Part shown: positions 1 to 8,360 of the stretch, one piece after another
How the letters are laid out: the number at the start of each line of letters is the position of its first letter
Numbering within the stretch: the first letter of the stretch is position 1
Notes under the pieces: model-generated
What the model saw: only the letters and a program-made list of their open reading frames with translations
Databases searched by the model: none
What the model was told of the DNA's origin: nothing
Made by a program: the position numbers and the translations under genes
Origin: Rhodospirillaceae bacterium
Lineage (GTDB): Bacteria > Pseudomonadota > Alphaproteobacteria > MPNO01 > UBA830
Assembly: GCA_038120765.1 (NCBI GenBank)
Contig: JAYOMI010000020.1
Span: 408 to 47,003 of the forward strand
Reading direction: 5' to 3'
DNA length: 46,596 bases

Positions 1-38
1 TTTATGCGCCGGAATGGTGAAAACACCGATCATAAGGA

Positions 39-3000
39 TCAGTGGAAATCCCGGGACGGGTAAAGCCGTCTTGGGCCCCGCCGGGATTCCGGTATCGGAC
101 TTTTGACCTCGTCGGCCCGGGCAAGGTTGCTTTCATAGGCCGCATTTGCGCCTTTGCGGCGGTCGTCGGACTTGAAATCCGGGCCGGCCAGGGCACGCAG
201 GCGGTGGGTCATGTCTTCAAGGTGATCGGCGATGACATGGGTGACGATGCCTTCGCGCTGCAATTTGCCGGTCACTTTGATCAGTTGGGCGGCCATGACG
301 ACGCTGCGGAAACGTTCGAACGTTCTGGGCCAGACGACGAGATTGGCAACCCCGGTTTCGTCTTCCAGCGTGATGAAGATCACGCCGCTGGCGGTTCCCG
401 GGCGCTGACGCACCAGGGCCAGTCCGGCGACGGTCACACGCTTGCCGTCCCTGATGTGCAGCAGGCTGTCTGCGGAGACGGCGCCTACCGCTTCCAGCTC
501 GGCGCGCAACAGCTCCAGAGGGTGCGTTTTCAGGGAGAGCCGCAGGGCGGCGTAATCGTGGGTTACTTCTTCGCCGATTGCCATGGAAGGCAGGGAGACT
601 TCCGGATCGTCGCGGTACTCACCGGCCTCGAACAGGGGCAGGGGTTCCGGCGGCAGGGCGCGCACGGCCCATAGCGCATCGCGCCGCCGCAGCTTCATCG
701 AGGCATAGGCATCTGCCCGCGCCAGGCGTTCCAGCACGGGGGCTGGCAGGCGTGCCAGACGGTTAATCTCCGACGGATCCGTGAAATGCCTGCCCAGGGT
801 GTCGCGGATATCGATCAGGGATCGGGCGTTCTCTGCGCTGAATCCCTTGATTTGCCTGAATCCGAGCCGGAGCGCGTGACGGGCCGCCTTTCCCGGTTCG
901 GACGATGCGGGCTCCAGCGTATTATCCCAATCGCTGTGGTTCACGTCGACAGGCCGTACCTCGACGCCGTGCTGACGGGCATCGCGGACAAGCTGTGCGG
1001 GGGCGTAGAACCCCATCGGCTGGCTGTTGAGGATCGCGGCGGCAAAGACGTCCGGATAATGGTATTTCAGCCAGGCGGACACGTAGACCAGCAGGGCGAA
1101 GCTTGCCGCATGGCTTTCCGGAAAACCGTAATCGCCGAAGCCCTCGATCTGGCGGAAGCAGCGTTCTGCAAAATCGCGCTCGTAGCCTCTGGCGACCATG
1201 CCCTCGATCAGTTTTTGCTCGAACGTATGGATCGTACCGGTATGCCGGAACGTTGCCATTGCGCGGCGCAATTGATCGGCCTCCGCCGGCGTGAAGCCTG
1301 CTGCAACGATGGCGATCTTCATCGCCTGTTCCTGGAACAGAGGGACGCCATGGGTTTTGGCGAGCACGTCGCGGAGTTCGTCCGACGGGAAATCGACCGG
1401 TTCCTCGCCGTTCCGCCGCCGCAGATAGGGGTGCACCATGTCACCCTGGATCGGGCCCGGGCGCACAATGGCGACCTCAATGACGAGGTCGTAGAATTCA
1501 CGCGGTTTCAGGCGCGGGAGCATGGTCATCTGCGCACGGCTTTCGACCTGGAAGACGCCGACGGAATCGGCCTCGCACAGCATGTCGTATACGGCAGGGT
1601 CTCCCGTCGGGACGGTGGCAAGATCGACCTTGCGTCCGTAATGCCGATCCAGCATGTCGAAGCCCTTGCGGATACAGGTCAGCATTCCCAGCGCGAGCAC
1701 GTCGATTTTGAGGATGCCGAGCGCATCCAGGTCGTCCTTGTCCCATTCGATGGTGGTGCGGTCTTCCATCGCGGCATTGGCGATGGGGACGAGTTCGGAC
1801 AATGGCCCGCGGGTGATGACAAAGCCGCCGACATGTTGCGACAGGTGGCGGGGAAAACCGGTCAGCTCGGCGGCGAGGTGGATGGCAAGCGACAGCCGCG
1901 GGTCGTCGGGGTCGAGCCCGGCTTCGCGGATATGTTTTCGTTCGAGCCCGTCCGACCGCCAGCCCCATACGGTGGCGACCAGCGTGGCGATGGTGTCTTC
2001 CGTCAGGCCAAGGGCCTTGCCGACTTCGCGAACGGCCATGCGGGTGCGGTAATGAATGACCGTTGCCGCCAGCCCGGCCCGCTCCCGCCCGTACTTCGCG
2101 TAGATGTACTGGATGACCTCTTCGCGGCGCTCATGCTCGAAATCGACGTCGATATCCGGCGGCTCGTTGCGTTCGGCGGATACGAAGCGTTCAAACAACA
2201 GGTCGATCTCGGCCGGGTTTATGGCCGTGATGCCGAGGCAGTAACAGACCGCCGAATTCGCGGCCGAGCCGCGTCCCTGGCACAGGATCCCCTTCGACCG
2301 CGCAAACCGGACGATGTCGTGGACGGTCAGGAAATAGGGGGCATAGTTCAGCGCGCCGATGAGTTTCAGCTCGTAGTCGATCTGGGCGGCGACTTTCTCC
2401 GGTACGCCGCCGGGATAGCGGGTTTCGGCGCCTTCCCGGGACAGGCGCGCCAGTTCCGCCTGCGGCGTGGTCCCGGGCGGGGCTTCGTCATCCGGATAGT
2501 CGTAGCGCAGTTCGTCGAGCGAAAAGGTACAGCGTTCGGCAATTGCCATCGTCTGCATGACGGCTTCCGGGTGACGCCGGAACAGCCGCGCCATCTCCGC
2601 CGGCGGTTTGAAATGGCGCTCGGCATTGGCTATGAGACGGAACCCGGCCTGGTCGACGCTGCAGCGTTCGCGGATACAGGTCAGCACGTCCATCAGGGCC
2701 TTGCGGTCCGGCACATGCATCCGCACGTCGTTGGTGGCGACCAGCGGGATGTTCACCTCGACCGCAAGCTGGGCAAGCGACCAGAGCCGCGCCGTATCGT
2801 CGCCGTGATAGCGGCAGCGGGCGGCGATCCAGACATCGCGCCCGAGGACTTCGCGCAGGCGATGCAGGTGGGTGATGTAGGCGGGGTCGGGGTCCCGTTC
2901 CATTTCCCGGGGCGGGAGGGAGATAAAAACCTGGCCGCCGGAATGGGCATACACGTCTTCGAGGTAAATTTCGCAATCGCCCTTGGCCGCCCGCCGGCGC

Positions 3001-3287
3001 CCCAGGGTGATCAGCCTGGACAGCCGCCCATAGGCCGCCCGGTCGGTCGGGAAGCACAGCAGCGACGGCGCATCCCGCAGGTCGAGCCGGGCGCCGACGA
3101 CAAGCTTTATCCCCGCCTGCTTCGCCGCCTGGTGGGCGCGGACCACGCCTGCCAGAGTGTTGCGATCCGCCACCGCCACTGCTGCCAGGCCAAGCGCCGC
3201 CGCCGTTTTCGCCATCTCCGCCGGGTGCGAGGCACTTCGCAGAAAGGAGAAATTAGTGGTGACTTCAAGTTCTGCATAAAGAGACAT
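39..3287 (-). CDS. dnaE2: Error-prone DNA polymerase III alpha-like subunit DnaE2 (ImuC)
   Basis: 1082-aa ORF. The N-terminus MSLYAELEVTTNFSFLRSASHP is typical of the DnaE2 PHP domain, and the length and body match pol III alpha. It is the last gene of the co-directional imuA-imuB-X-dnaE2 array. TGA stop. Confidence 0.95.
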   Translation of the reverse strand: MSLYAELEVTTNFSFLRSASHPAEMAKTAAALGLAAVAVADRNTLAGVVRAHQAAKQAGIKLVVGARLDLRDAPSLLCFPTDRAAYGRLSRLITLGRRRAAKGDCEIYLEDVYAHSGGQVFISLPPREMERDPDPAYITHLHRLREVLGRDVWIAARCRYHGDDTARLWSLAQLAVEVNIPLVATNDVRMHVPDRKALMDVLTCIRERCSVDQAGFRLIANAERHFKPPAEMARLFRRHPEAVMQTMAIAERCTFSLDELRYDYPDDEAPPGTTPQAELARLSREGAETRYPGGVPEKVAAQIDYELKLIGALNYAPYFLTVHDIVRFARSKGILCQGRGSAANSAVCYCLGITAINPAEIDLLFERFVSAERNEPPDIDVDFEHERREEVIQYIYAKYGRERAGLAATVIHYRTRMAVREVGKALGLTEDTIATLVATVWGWRSDGLERKHIREAGLDPDDPRLSLAIHLAAELTGFPRHLSQHVGGFVITRGPLSELVPIANAAMEDRTTIEWDKDDLDALGILKIDVLALGMLTCIRKGFDMLDRHYGRKVDLATVPTGDPAVYDMLCEADSVGVFQVESRAQMTMLPRLKPREFYDLVIEVAIVRPGPIQGDMVHPYLRRRNGEEPVDFPSDELRDVLAKTHGVPLFQEQAMKIAIVAAGFTPAEADQLRRAMATFRHTGTIHTFEQKLIEGMVARGYERDFAERCFRQIEGFGDYGFPESHAASFALLVYVSAWLKYHYPDVFAAAILNSQPMGFYAPAQLVRDARQHGVEVRPVDVNHSDWDNTLEPASSEPGKAARHALRLGFRQIKGFSAENARSLIDIRDTLGRHFTDPSEINRLARLPAPVLERLARADAYASMKLRRRDALWAVRALPPEPLPLFEAGEYRDDPEVSLPSMAIGEEVTHDYAALRLSLKTHPLELLRAELEAVGAVSADSLLHIRDGKRVTVAGLALVRQRPGTASGVIFITLEDETGVANLVVWPRTFERFRSVVMAAQLIKVTGKLQREGIVTHVIADHLEDMTHRLRALAGPDFKSDDRRKGANAAYESNLARADEVKSPIPESRRGPRRLYPSRDFH

Positions 3288-3355
3288 GTATTTGTTGAGC
3301 GGAGGATCCGGGTGGGGTGGAAAAACACCGTGTCGGCTTCGGGGTTTTTCCGGGT

Positions 3356-3871
3356 TTAAAATTCAGCGGCAAGAAAGGACGGCCGAAGCCAGTTCAGGGA
3401 GTATCCGGTTTTCGGGCGGGGAACCGGGTTCGACCGCTGGCGGCGGTCGTCCTGCCGGCGTGCGGGGGCGGCCGTGAGCAGGGCCTGTGTTTCTTCCAGC
3501 GCGGCTGTGTCATGCAGACCGCATTCGTCATGCGCCTGCTGCCAGATCATGTTCCCGGGGGTCTGCTGCATTTTGTTGATCTCGCGGGCTGAAAACGATT
3601 TGTAGGTGCGCAGGATGGTGGCGATGCCGTGCGGGGCGCCTTCCTCGATCTCGATGATCCCGTGAATGCGGTCGGGCATCAGGGTAAAGGCATCGAGCCT
3701 GATATTGGGGAATATCCGCGACAGGTTGTGCCAATGCGCTTCTGCCGTCCGCCCCAGGGCGTTCGGCCGCATGCCCCGTCTGGTAATCCTGCCCAGGCGG
3801 GTCTCCTGCCGATGCGTGTATATGGTGAAAAAATAAAGACCTGCTTCGGATTCGGGATTGGTCGTTTTCAT
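3356..3871 (-). CDS. HUH/Y1 transposase-like protein (COG1943 / IS200-RAYT-like fold), probably non-catalytic
   Basis: Recognised segments: LYFFTIYTH, FTLMPDRIHGII (HUH position reads R-I-H), ILRTYKSFSAREIN, IWQQ. The ATG at 3871 is preceded by AGGAGA with a 6-nt spacer. An upstream in-frame ATG at 3901 would overlap the imuB stop as ATGA. TAA stop. Confidence 0.6.
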   Translation of the reverse strand: MKTTNPESEAGLYFFTIYTHRQETRLGRITRRGMRPNALGRTAEAHWHNLSRIFPNIRLDAFTLMPDRIHGIIEIEEGAPHGIATILRTYKSFSAREINKMQQTPGNMIWQQAHDECGLHDTAALEETQALLTAAPARRQDDRRQRSNPVPRPKTGYSLNWLRPSFLAAEF

Positions 3872-3897
3872 GTCTGTTCTCCTGTTGATGTCTTCGT

Positions 3898-5562
3898 TCA
3901 TCCGAATACGCCATGGACGTACCAGTGGGGTTGCGCGCCGGGTCTGTAGACGCCTTCGCGATACACCCAGAAACGGCGGCCGCGGCGGTCTTCGACGCGG
4001 TAATAGTCCCGGATGTTGTCCTGGATGGAGGCATTGGCCGCGGCCTGTGTAATGTCGCTTCCCCCGCTTCCGGGAGTATCCGCCCCTTCGTCCCGTTCGC
4101 TGTCGGTCTGGCAGAGCCCGTCATGCCACCATTCGGGGGCGATACGTTCCGGCCCGTCGGCGTGTTCGATCCGGAACACCTGTTTGCGCCAGCGGAACAT
4201 GACGGGTGGGTCGTCCGGCACCGGTGCGACGGCCTCAACCTCTTCGGGCCGGGGGAGGAGCCGAAGAGGGCGGGGCCGGGGGAGCGGCCGCTTCAGGGAG
4301 GTCGCGGCACGCCAGGGCGCAGCCGGTACCGGACGGGTTCGTGCGGTGGCGGGGGTGGTCATGATGGCGCGTTCGGGGATGTGGCTTTCCTGCAGGGTCA
4401 TCTGCACGACGTTTTCGCCGCCGAGACGGTTGCTGAGCCTGTCGGCCAGTTCGGCGACGCCGGCTTCGTCATGATCGTGACGGCGGTCGAGAGCGGCTTG
4501 CGTGGGGGAAAGTTTTTCGCTCGCTGTGGCGGCCAATGTGATGGCGTCGATCCCGAAAGCCGCCTCGATACGGTCGAGCTTGGCGGTGAACAGGCGGGCA
4601 AGGTGCCCGGCATTCCGGCTGGCGCGGCTGGTGCCGGCCTCAAGCCGGGCTATCGTGCCGTCGGGATGATAGAAAGCGAGAGTCAGGCGGCGCGCGCCGA
4701 TCCCGTCGGCCTCCAGCGTGGCGGCAAGGTCGCGGGCAAGTTCCCGCACAGCGCCGGCGATATCTTCGGTGCGGCCGATGGGTTCCGCGAAGGTCCGCCG
4801 GGCATACCACGGGCTGGACACGGCCAGCGGCGAGACCGGCTCCGGCCGGTCGCCCAGGGCCTGGTCGAGACGGTCGGCAACCTCGCTGCTGAAACGGTCG
4901 ACAAGGGCGGTGCGCGGGACCGGCATGAGGTCGCCGATGCGCCGCAGCCCTACGGCCTGAAGTCCGGCGACTGTTGCCGGGGCGAGGCGGAGGCCGGCAA
5001 CCGGCATGCCGGCGATCGCGTCGCGTGCCCGGCCCCTGGAAATGCTTGTCCACCGTTTGCGCTTGTAGGCAGTGTAGCGGACAGCGGCCCAGGCGGCGCC
5101 GGGCGTGTCGGCAATCGCGGCATAGGCGGTAAAGCCGATGGCATCCAGGCGGTTGATAATGTCGCGCATCAGGGCGTCTTCGCCGCCGAACAGATGGGCG
5201 CAGCCGGTGACGTCGAGCCATACCGAGCCTGCGCCGCCGAAAGCATGGCCGCTGCCGTCTTCGTCCGGCGCCGTCCATGGGGTGAACCGGCCGCACCAGT
5301 CGCTGAGCCGGGTCAGCGCCCGGTTTTCCGCTTCGACATCGGCTTCGCTGGTCTGCAGGTCGGGCAGGATCGCCCGGGCATCGGAAAGGGTCATGCCTGT
5401 GCGGATGCCGGCCTGCTCGGCGACTGTGTTGACGGCATGGAGGACCAGTTTTCCGCCGGCGTCATCGACCAGCGCCAGCGGGCTATCCAGCCAGTCTTGC
5501 CGCAGACGGCACAGGCGGTCGGTCGCAAATTTCGGCAGCCAGAGAGAAATTACCCGTTTCAT
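3898..5562 (-). CDS. imuB: ImuB, Y-family polymerase-like SOS mutagenesis protein
   Basis: 554-aa ORF with the canonical N-terminus MKRVISLWLPKFATDRL and a UmuC-like body. Positioned between imuA and dnaE2. Confidence 0.9.
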   Translation of the reverse strand: MKRVISLWLPKFATDRLCRLRQDWLDSPLALVDDAGGKLVLHAVNTVAEQAGIRTGMTLSDARAILPDLQTSEADVEAENRALTRLSDWCGRFTPWTAPDEDGSGHAFGGAGSVWLDVTGCAHLFGGEDALMRDIINRLDAIGFTAYAAIADTPGAAWAAVRYTAYKRKRWTSISRGRARDAIAGMPVAGLRLAPATVAGLQAVGLRRIGDLMPVPRTALVDRFSSEVADRLDQALGDRPEPVSPLAVSSPWYARRTFAEPIGRTEDIAGAVRELARDLAATLEADGIGARRLTLAFYHPDGTIARLEAGTSRASRNAGHLARLFTAKLDRIEAAFGIDAITLAATASEKLSPTQAALDRRHDHDEAGVAELADRLSNRLGGENVVQMTLQESHIPERAIMTTPATARTRPVPAAPWRAATSLKRPLPRPRPLRLLPRPEEVEAVAPVPDDPPVMFRWRKQVFRIEHADGPERIAPEWWHDGLCQTDSERDEGADTPGSGGSDITQAAANASIQDNIRDYYRVEDRRGRRFWVYREGVYRPGAQPHWYVHGVFG

Positions 5563-6466
5563 CGTTCCACTCCATCATCCAGTTCGCAGCAACGCCGCCA
5601 CGGCAGCGGAAAAGTTCCGCGCGCCACCGCGCGGCGTTCAGGCCCGGAGGGCCGTCAGATTCGAGGCCCGGAGGGCCGTATAGCTTCCTGTCGTTGTCGT
5701 TCGCCCGTTCCGTGATCCGGCCGGCGCGCGTATCTCCGGTTTCGTGTTCCACCGCGTCCAGCCGCCAGCGCGTGACCGCAGCGCTGGGGGCGGGCTTGTC
5801 CGTTTTCGGGCGCAGCATCAGGGCGGTGACGCCGGTTTCCTCGGCGGCAAGCTGCAGCCGCCGGCTGGCAGTGAGGGACATGTCCGTTATTTCCCCGACA
5901 ACGGCGGCGATCCGGCCGCAGCGCAGGCCCTCTTCCATCGCCCAGAGCGCATCGTCATCGCGGCGGGGGCGGACCAGAATCATGCGTGCCGGATCGATAC
6001 CGAACTGCAGCAGGGCAGGGCCGTACAGGGCGCCGGCATCCAGCGTCCAGGGGCGTTCGCACCAGAGGATCGTGTGGTCTCCGGCATCGCCCGCCAGACG
6101 GCCTGCGAGCAGGGCGCAGAATGCCGTGGCGATACCGGCATCGTCCGCGAAAATTTCGTGCAGCGCGCCCCGCAGCAATCCGCCGCCGGGCAGGTGATTG
6201 TCTATCGCATCCACGCCGAAGGGCAGGACCTGTTGCCTGGTCCCGGTCAGCGTCCCGCCAAATCCTTCAAGCTGCCGGATCTGTGCCTTCAGCTGTTCCA
6301 GAGGTGTCGGGGTGCCGACCGGGTGACTGGTTGGATGTCCGATGCAGGGACTGTTCTGAAGACCGGCAGGAGGATTGGCCGGAGGATCGGCCGGAATCCG
6401 ACCGTTTCCTCCCCGTTTTTGCGGGGGAAGGGAGCGGTTCCTGGCGCTTCCGAAGGGCCTCGGCAT
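5483..6466 (-). CDS. imuA: ImuA, RecA/SulA-like SOS mutagenesis protein
   Basis: Motif LPFGVDAIDNHLPGGGLLRGALHEIFA. First gene of the cassette, with a LexA box 31-45 nt upstream of the ATG at 6466. The 3' end overlaps imuB by 80 nt. The proline-rich N-terminal extension makes the true start uncertain. Confidence 0.8.
   Translation of the reverse strand: MPRPFGSARNRSLPPQKRGGNGRIPADPPANPPAGLQNSPCIGHPTSHPVGTPTPLEQLKAQIRQLEGFGGTLTGTRQQVLPFGVDAIDNHLPGGGLLRGALHEIFADDAGIATAFCALLAGRLAGDAGDHTILWCERPWTLDAGALYGPALLQFGIDPARMILVRPRRDDDALWAMEEGLRCGRIAAVVGEITDMSLTASRRLQLAAEETGVTALMLRPKTDKPAPSAAVTRWRLDAVEHETGDTRAGRITERANDNDRKLYGPPGLESDGPPGLNAARWRAELFRCRGGVAANWMMEWNDETGNFSLAAEICDRPPVPSAARLAG
5640..5679. repeat. 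16-nt direct repeat with 24-nt period inside imuA
   Basis: AGGCCCGGAGGGCCGT occurs at 5640-5655 and 5664-5679. In the imuA frame this encodes YGPPGLES/DGPPGLNA. Confidence 0.9.
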
Positions 6467-6496
6467 CGTCTATTCCAATGTTGTGCGAGAACAAAT

Positions 6497-6511
6497 GTTC
6501 TTGTTTTGTTC
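6497..6511. promoter_or_regulatory. Alphaproteobacterial LexA (SOS) box GTTC-N7-GTTC
   Basis: GTTCttgttttGTTC at 6497-6511, preceded by GAAC at 6489-6492, giving GAACaaatGTTCttgttttGTTC. It lies in the 164-nt divergent region between imuA and the channel gene. Confidence 0.8.
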
Positions 6512-6630
6512 TAATCAGGAAAAGGAACATCGTCAAGCAGGATTTTCGTCCTATCTGATGGGCACGCTAACCGTTGTCATTCCCTGTCAGATTCCGATAA
6601 AAAGCCTTTTCAGAAACACGGAGAACGCCT

Positions 6631-7500
6631 TTGTCATCCAGCGATTCAGGGTCTGCCCCAGGCCCCGGCCTTGAACCGGATTCAGGTGTCCGGGCCCGCG
6701 TTCGCCGGCTGGTTGATCACCGGACGTTTCAGAAGTCGATCATGGCCCTGATCGTCGTCAATGCGTTCACGCTGGGGGCGGAAACATCGCCGACCGTCAT
6801 GGGGCTGATCGGCCCGCAATTGCTGGTGTTCGACCAGATCGTGATCATGGTTTTCTGCGTGGAACTGGTATTGCGTATTTATGCGCATGGACTGGCGTTC
6901 TTTCGCGGCGCCTGGAACATTTTCGATTTTGTCGTGGTCGCCATCACGCTCGCACCGTCGAATGACTCGCTTGCCGTCCTCCGGTCGCTTCGCGTGCTGC
7001 GTGTTCTCCGTCTGGTATCCGCCGTGCCGCGGCTCCGCCGGATCGTTGCGGCCCTGCTCCATGCCGTGCCGGGGGTCGGCGCGATCGGCGCCCTGTTGCT
7101 GCTGGTGTTCTATGTCTACGCGGTGATCTGCACCAAGCTGTTCGGCGCGGCTTTCCCCGACTGGTTCGGCAGCATCGGCGATTCCATGTACACGCTGTTC
7201 CAGATCATGACGCTGGAAAGCTGGTCGATGGGGATCGTGCGCCCGGTGATGGAGGTCTATTCCTGGGCCTGGCTGGTTTTTGTCGCGTTTATCGTGATGT
7301 CCAGCTTTACGGTTCTCAACCTGTTTATCGCCATCATCATCGATTCCATGCAGACCCTGCACGAAACCGAGCAGCATGAGACCGTCGAAGAGGTCAGCGG
7401 CGTCGTGCATGACGAACACCGCCAGCGGGCAATGGAATTCGAGGAGCTCCGTCGTGAAATGCAGGAAATCAAGGAACTGCTGAAGCACCGCCAGCCATAG
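6631..7500 (+). CDS. Bacterial voltage-gated sodium channel (NaChBac/BacNav family)
   Basis: S4 voltage sensor LRSLRVLRVLRLVSAVPRLRR with Arg at every third residue. Pore filter LFQIMTLESWSMG. Single 6-TM domain and a charged C-terminal helix. TTG start with GGAGA 6 nt upstream. Confidence 0.9.
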   Translation: MSSSDSGSAPGPGLEPDSGVRARVRRLVDHRTFQKSIMALIVVNAFTLGAETSPTVMGLIGPQLLVFDQIVIMVFCVELVLRIYAHGLAFFRGAWNIFDFVVVAITLAPSNDSLAVLRSLRVLRVLRLVSAVPRLRRIVAALLHAVPGVGAIGALLLLVFYVYAVICTKLFGAAFPDWFGSIGDSMYTLFQIMTLESWSMGIVRPVMEVYSWAWLVFVAFIVMSSFTVLNLFIAIIIDSMQTLHETEQHETVEEVSGVVHDEHRQRAMEFEELRREMQEIKELLKHRQP

Positions 7501-7524
7501 TCTCCGGCAGATCGTATCACCGTT

Positions 7525-8289
7525 TCAGAACATCGGTTCCAGACCTTCGTAGAGCAGGCGGGTGCCCAGAACGAACAGGATTCCATAGCTCGCCCGCATG
7601 AACCATTTCTGCGGGATCAGGTGATTGAATTTTATCCCGATGAACATGCCGATCGGCGCCAGCGGCATCAGGATCAGCGAGATCGACAGGTTCGGCATCG
7701 AGAACAGACCGAGCCACCAATAGGGCAGGATCTTGGCGTAATTCACAATGCAGAACAGGATAACGATCGTGCCGACGTGAATTCGCTTGTCCAGCCGCTG
7801 GGGCAGCAGATACATCGCCACGGGGGGCAGGCCGGCATGAATGACGAAGCTGGTGAACCCGCCGATTGTGCCCAGGATATATCCGACCGGTTTCGATACA
7901 ATTCTCGCGGCGGCCTTTTCGCCACCGGCCCTGAAGAAGTCGATGAAAAACGCAATGGCGATAACGCCGACCATCAGGCGGATCAGCTGGTCGTCCATCC
8001 ATTTGAAGGTAATTGTGCCGATGACTGTACCGATCATGCAGCCGATGACCAGAACCTTCATGCTCGGCCGGTCCCAGTCCCTGCGGTAGGCCCAGACGCC
8101 CATCAGATCCATGACGCAGAGAATAGGCAGCATGATGGCAACGGCCTGAACCGGTGAAGACACCTGCGACAGCGCCAAGACGCCGACAAAACCGATGCCG
8201 CCGCCGAACCCGCCCTTGGACAGCCCTGCAAGCAGAACTGCGCCGACGGCAAAGGAAGCAAAAAGAGGATCGCCCAGAAGCTGGTCCAT
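7525..8289 (-). CDS. TauE/SafE (TSUP, DUF81) family anion exporter
   Basis: 254-aa polytopic membrane protein. The N-terminus ...AVGAVLLAGLSKGGFGGGIGFVGVLAL... is typical of the TSUP family. Confidence 0.8.
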   Translation of the reverse strand: MDQLLGDPLFASFAVGAVLLAGLSKGGFGGGIGFVGVLALSQVSSPVQAVAIMLPILCVMDLMGVWAYRRDWDRPSMKVLVIGCMIGTVIGTITFKWMDDQLIRLMVGVIAIAFFIDFFRAGGEKAAARIVSKPVGYILGTIGGFTSFVIHAGLPPVAMYLLPQRLDKRIHVGTIVILFCIVNYAKILPYWWLGLFSMPNLSISLILMPLAPIGMFIGIKFNHLIPQKWFMRASYGILFVLGTRLLYEGLEPMF

Positions 8290-8360
8290 AATGACGTCTG
8301 ACAGTTTCCGTAGAATGGGGGCCGGTCGGGGAAGTCCGTCCTGAAGAAGAGTGAAACGGC

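Noticed and set aside
786-3359. 857-aa plus-strand ORF antisense to dnaE2. Similar long antisense ORFs occur at 3913-5715, 12553-14577, 31397-32740, 39270-40190 and 42475-43419.
   Set aside because: These are shadow ORFs, typical of GC-rich DNA. Their translations are Arg/Gly/Ala/Pro-rich with no recognisable motifs, and the opposite strand encodes clearly identifiable conserved proteins.
3356-3901. Calling the HUH-like gene an active IS200/IS605 or RAYT mobile element.
   Set aside because: I found no terminal or subterminal repeat pairs, no tnpB, no REP array and no target duplication. The HUH motif appears degenerate (R-I-H). The gene is packed into the operon with its own SD. It is reported as a CDS, not a mobile_element.
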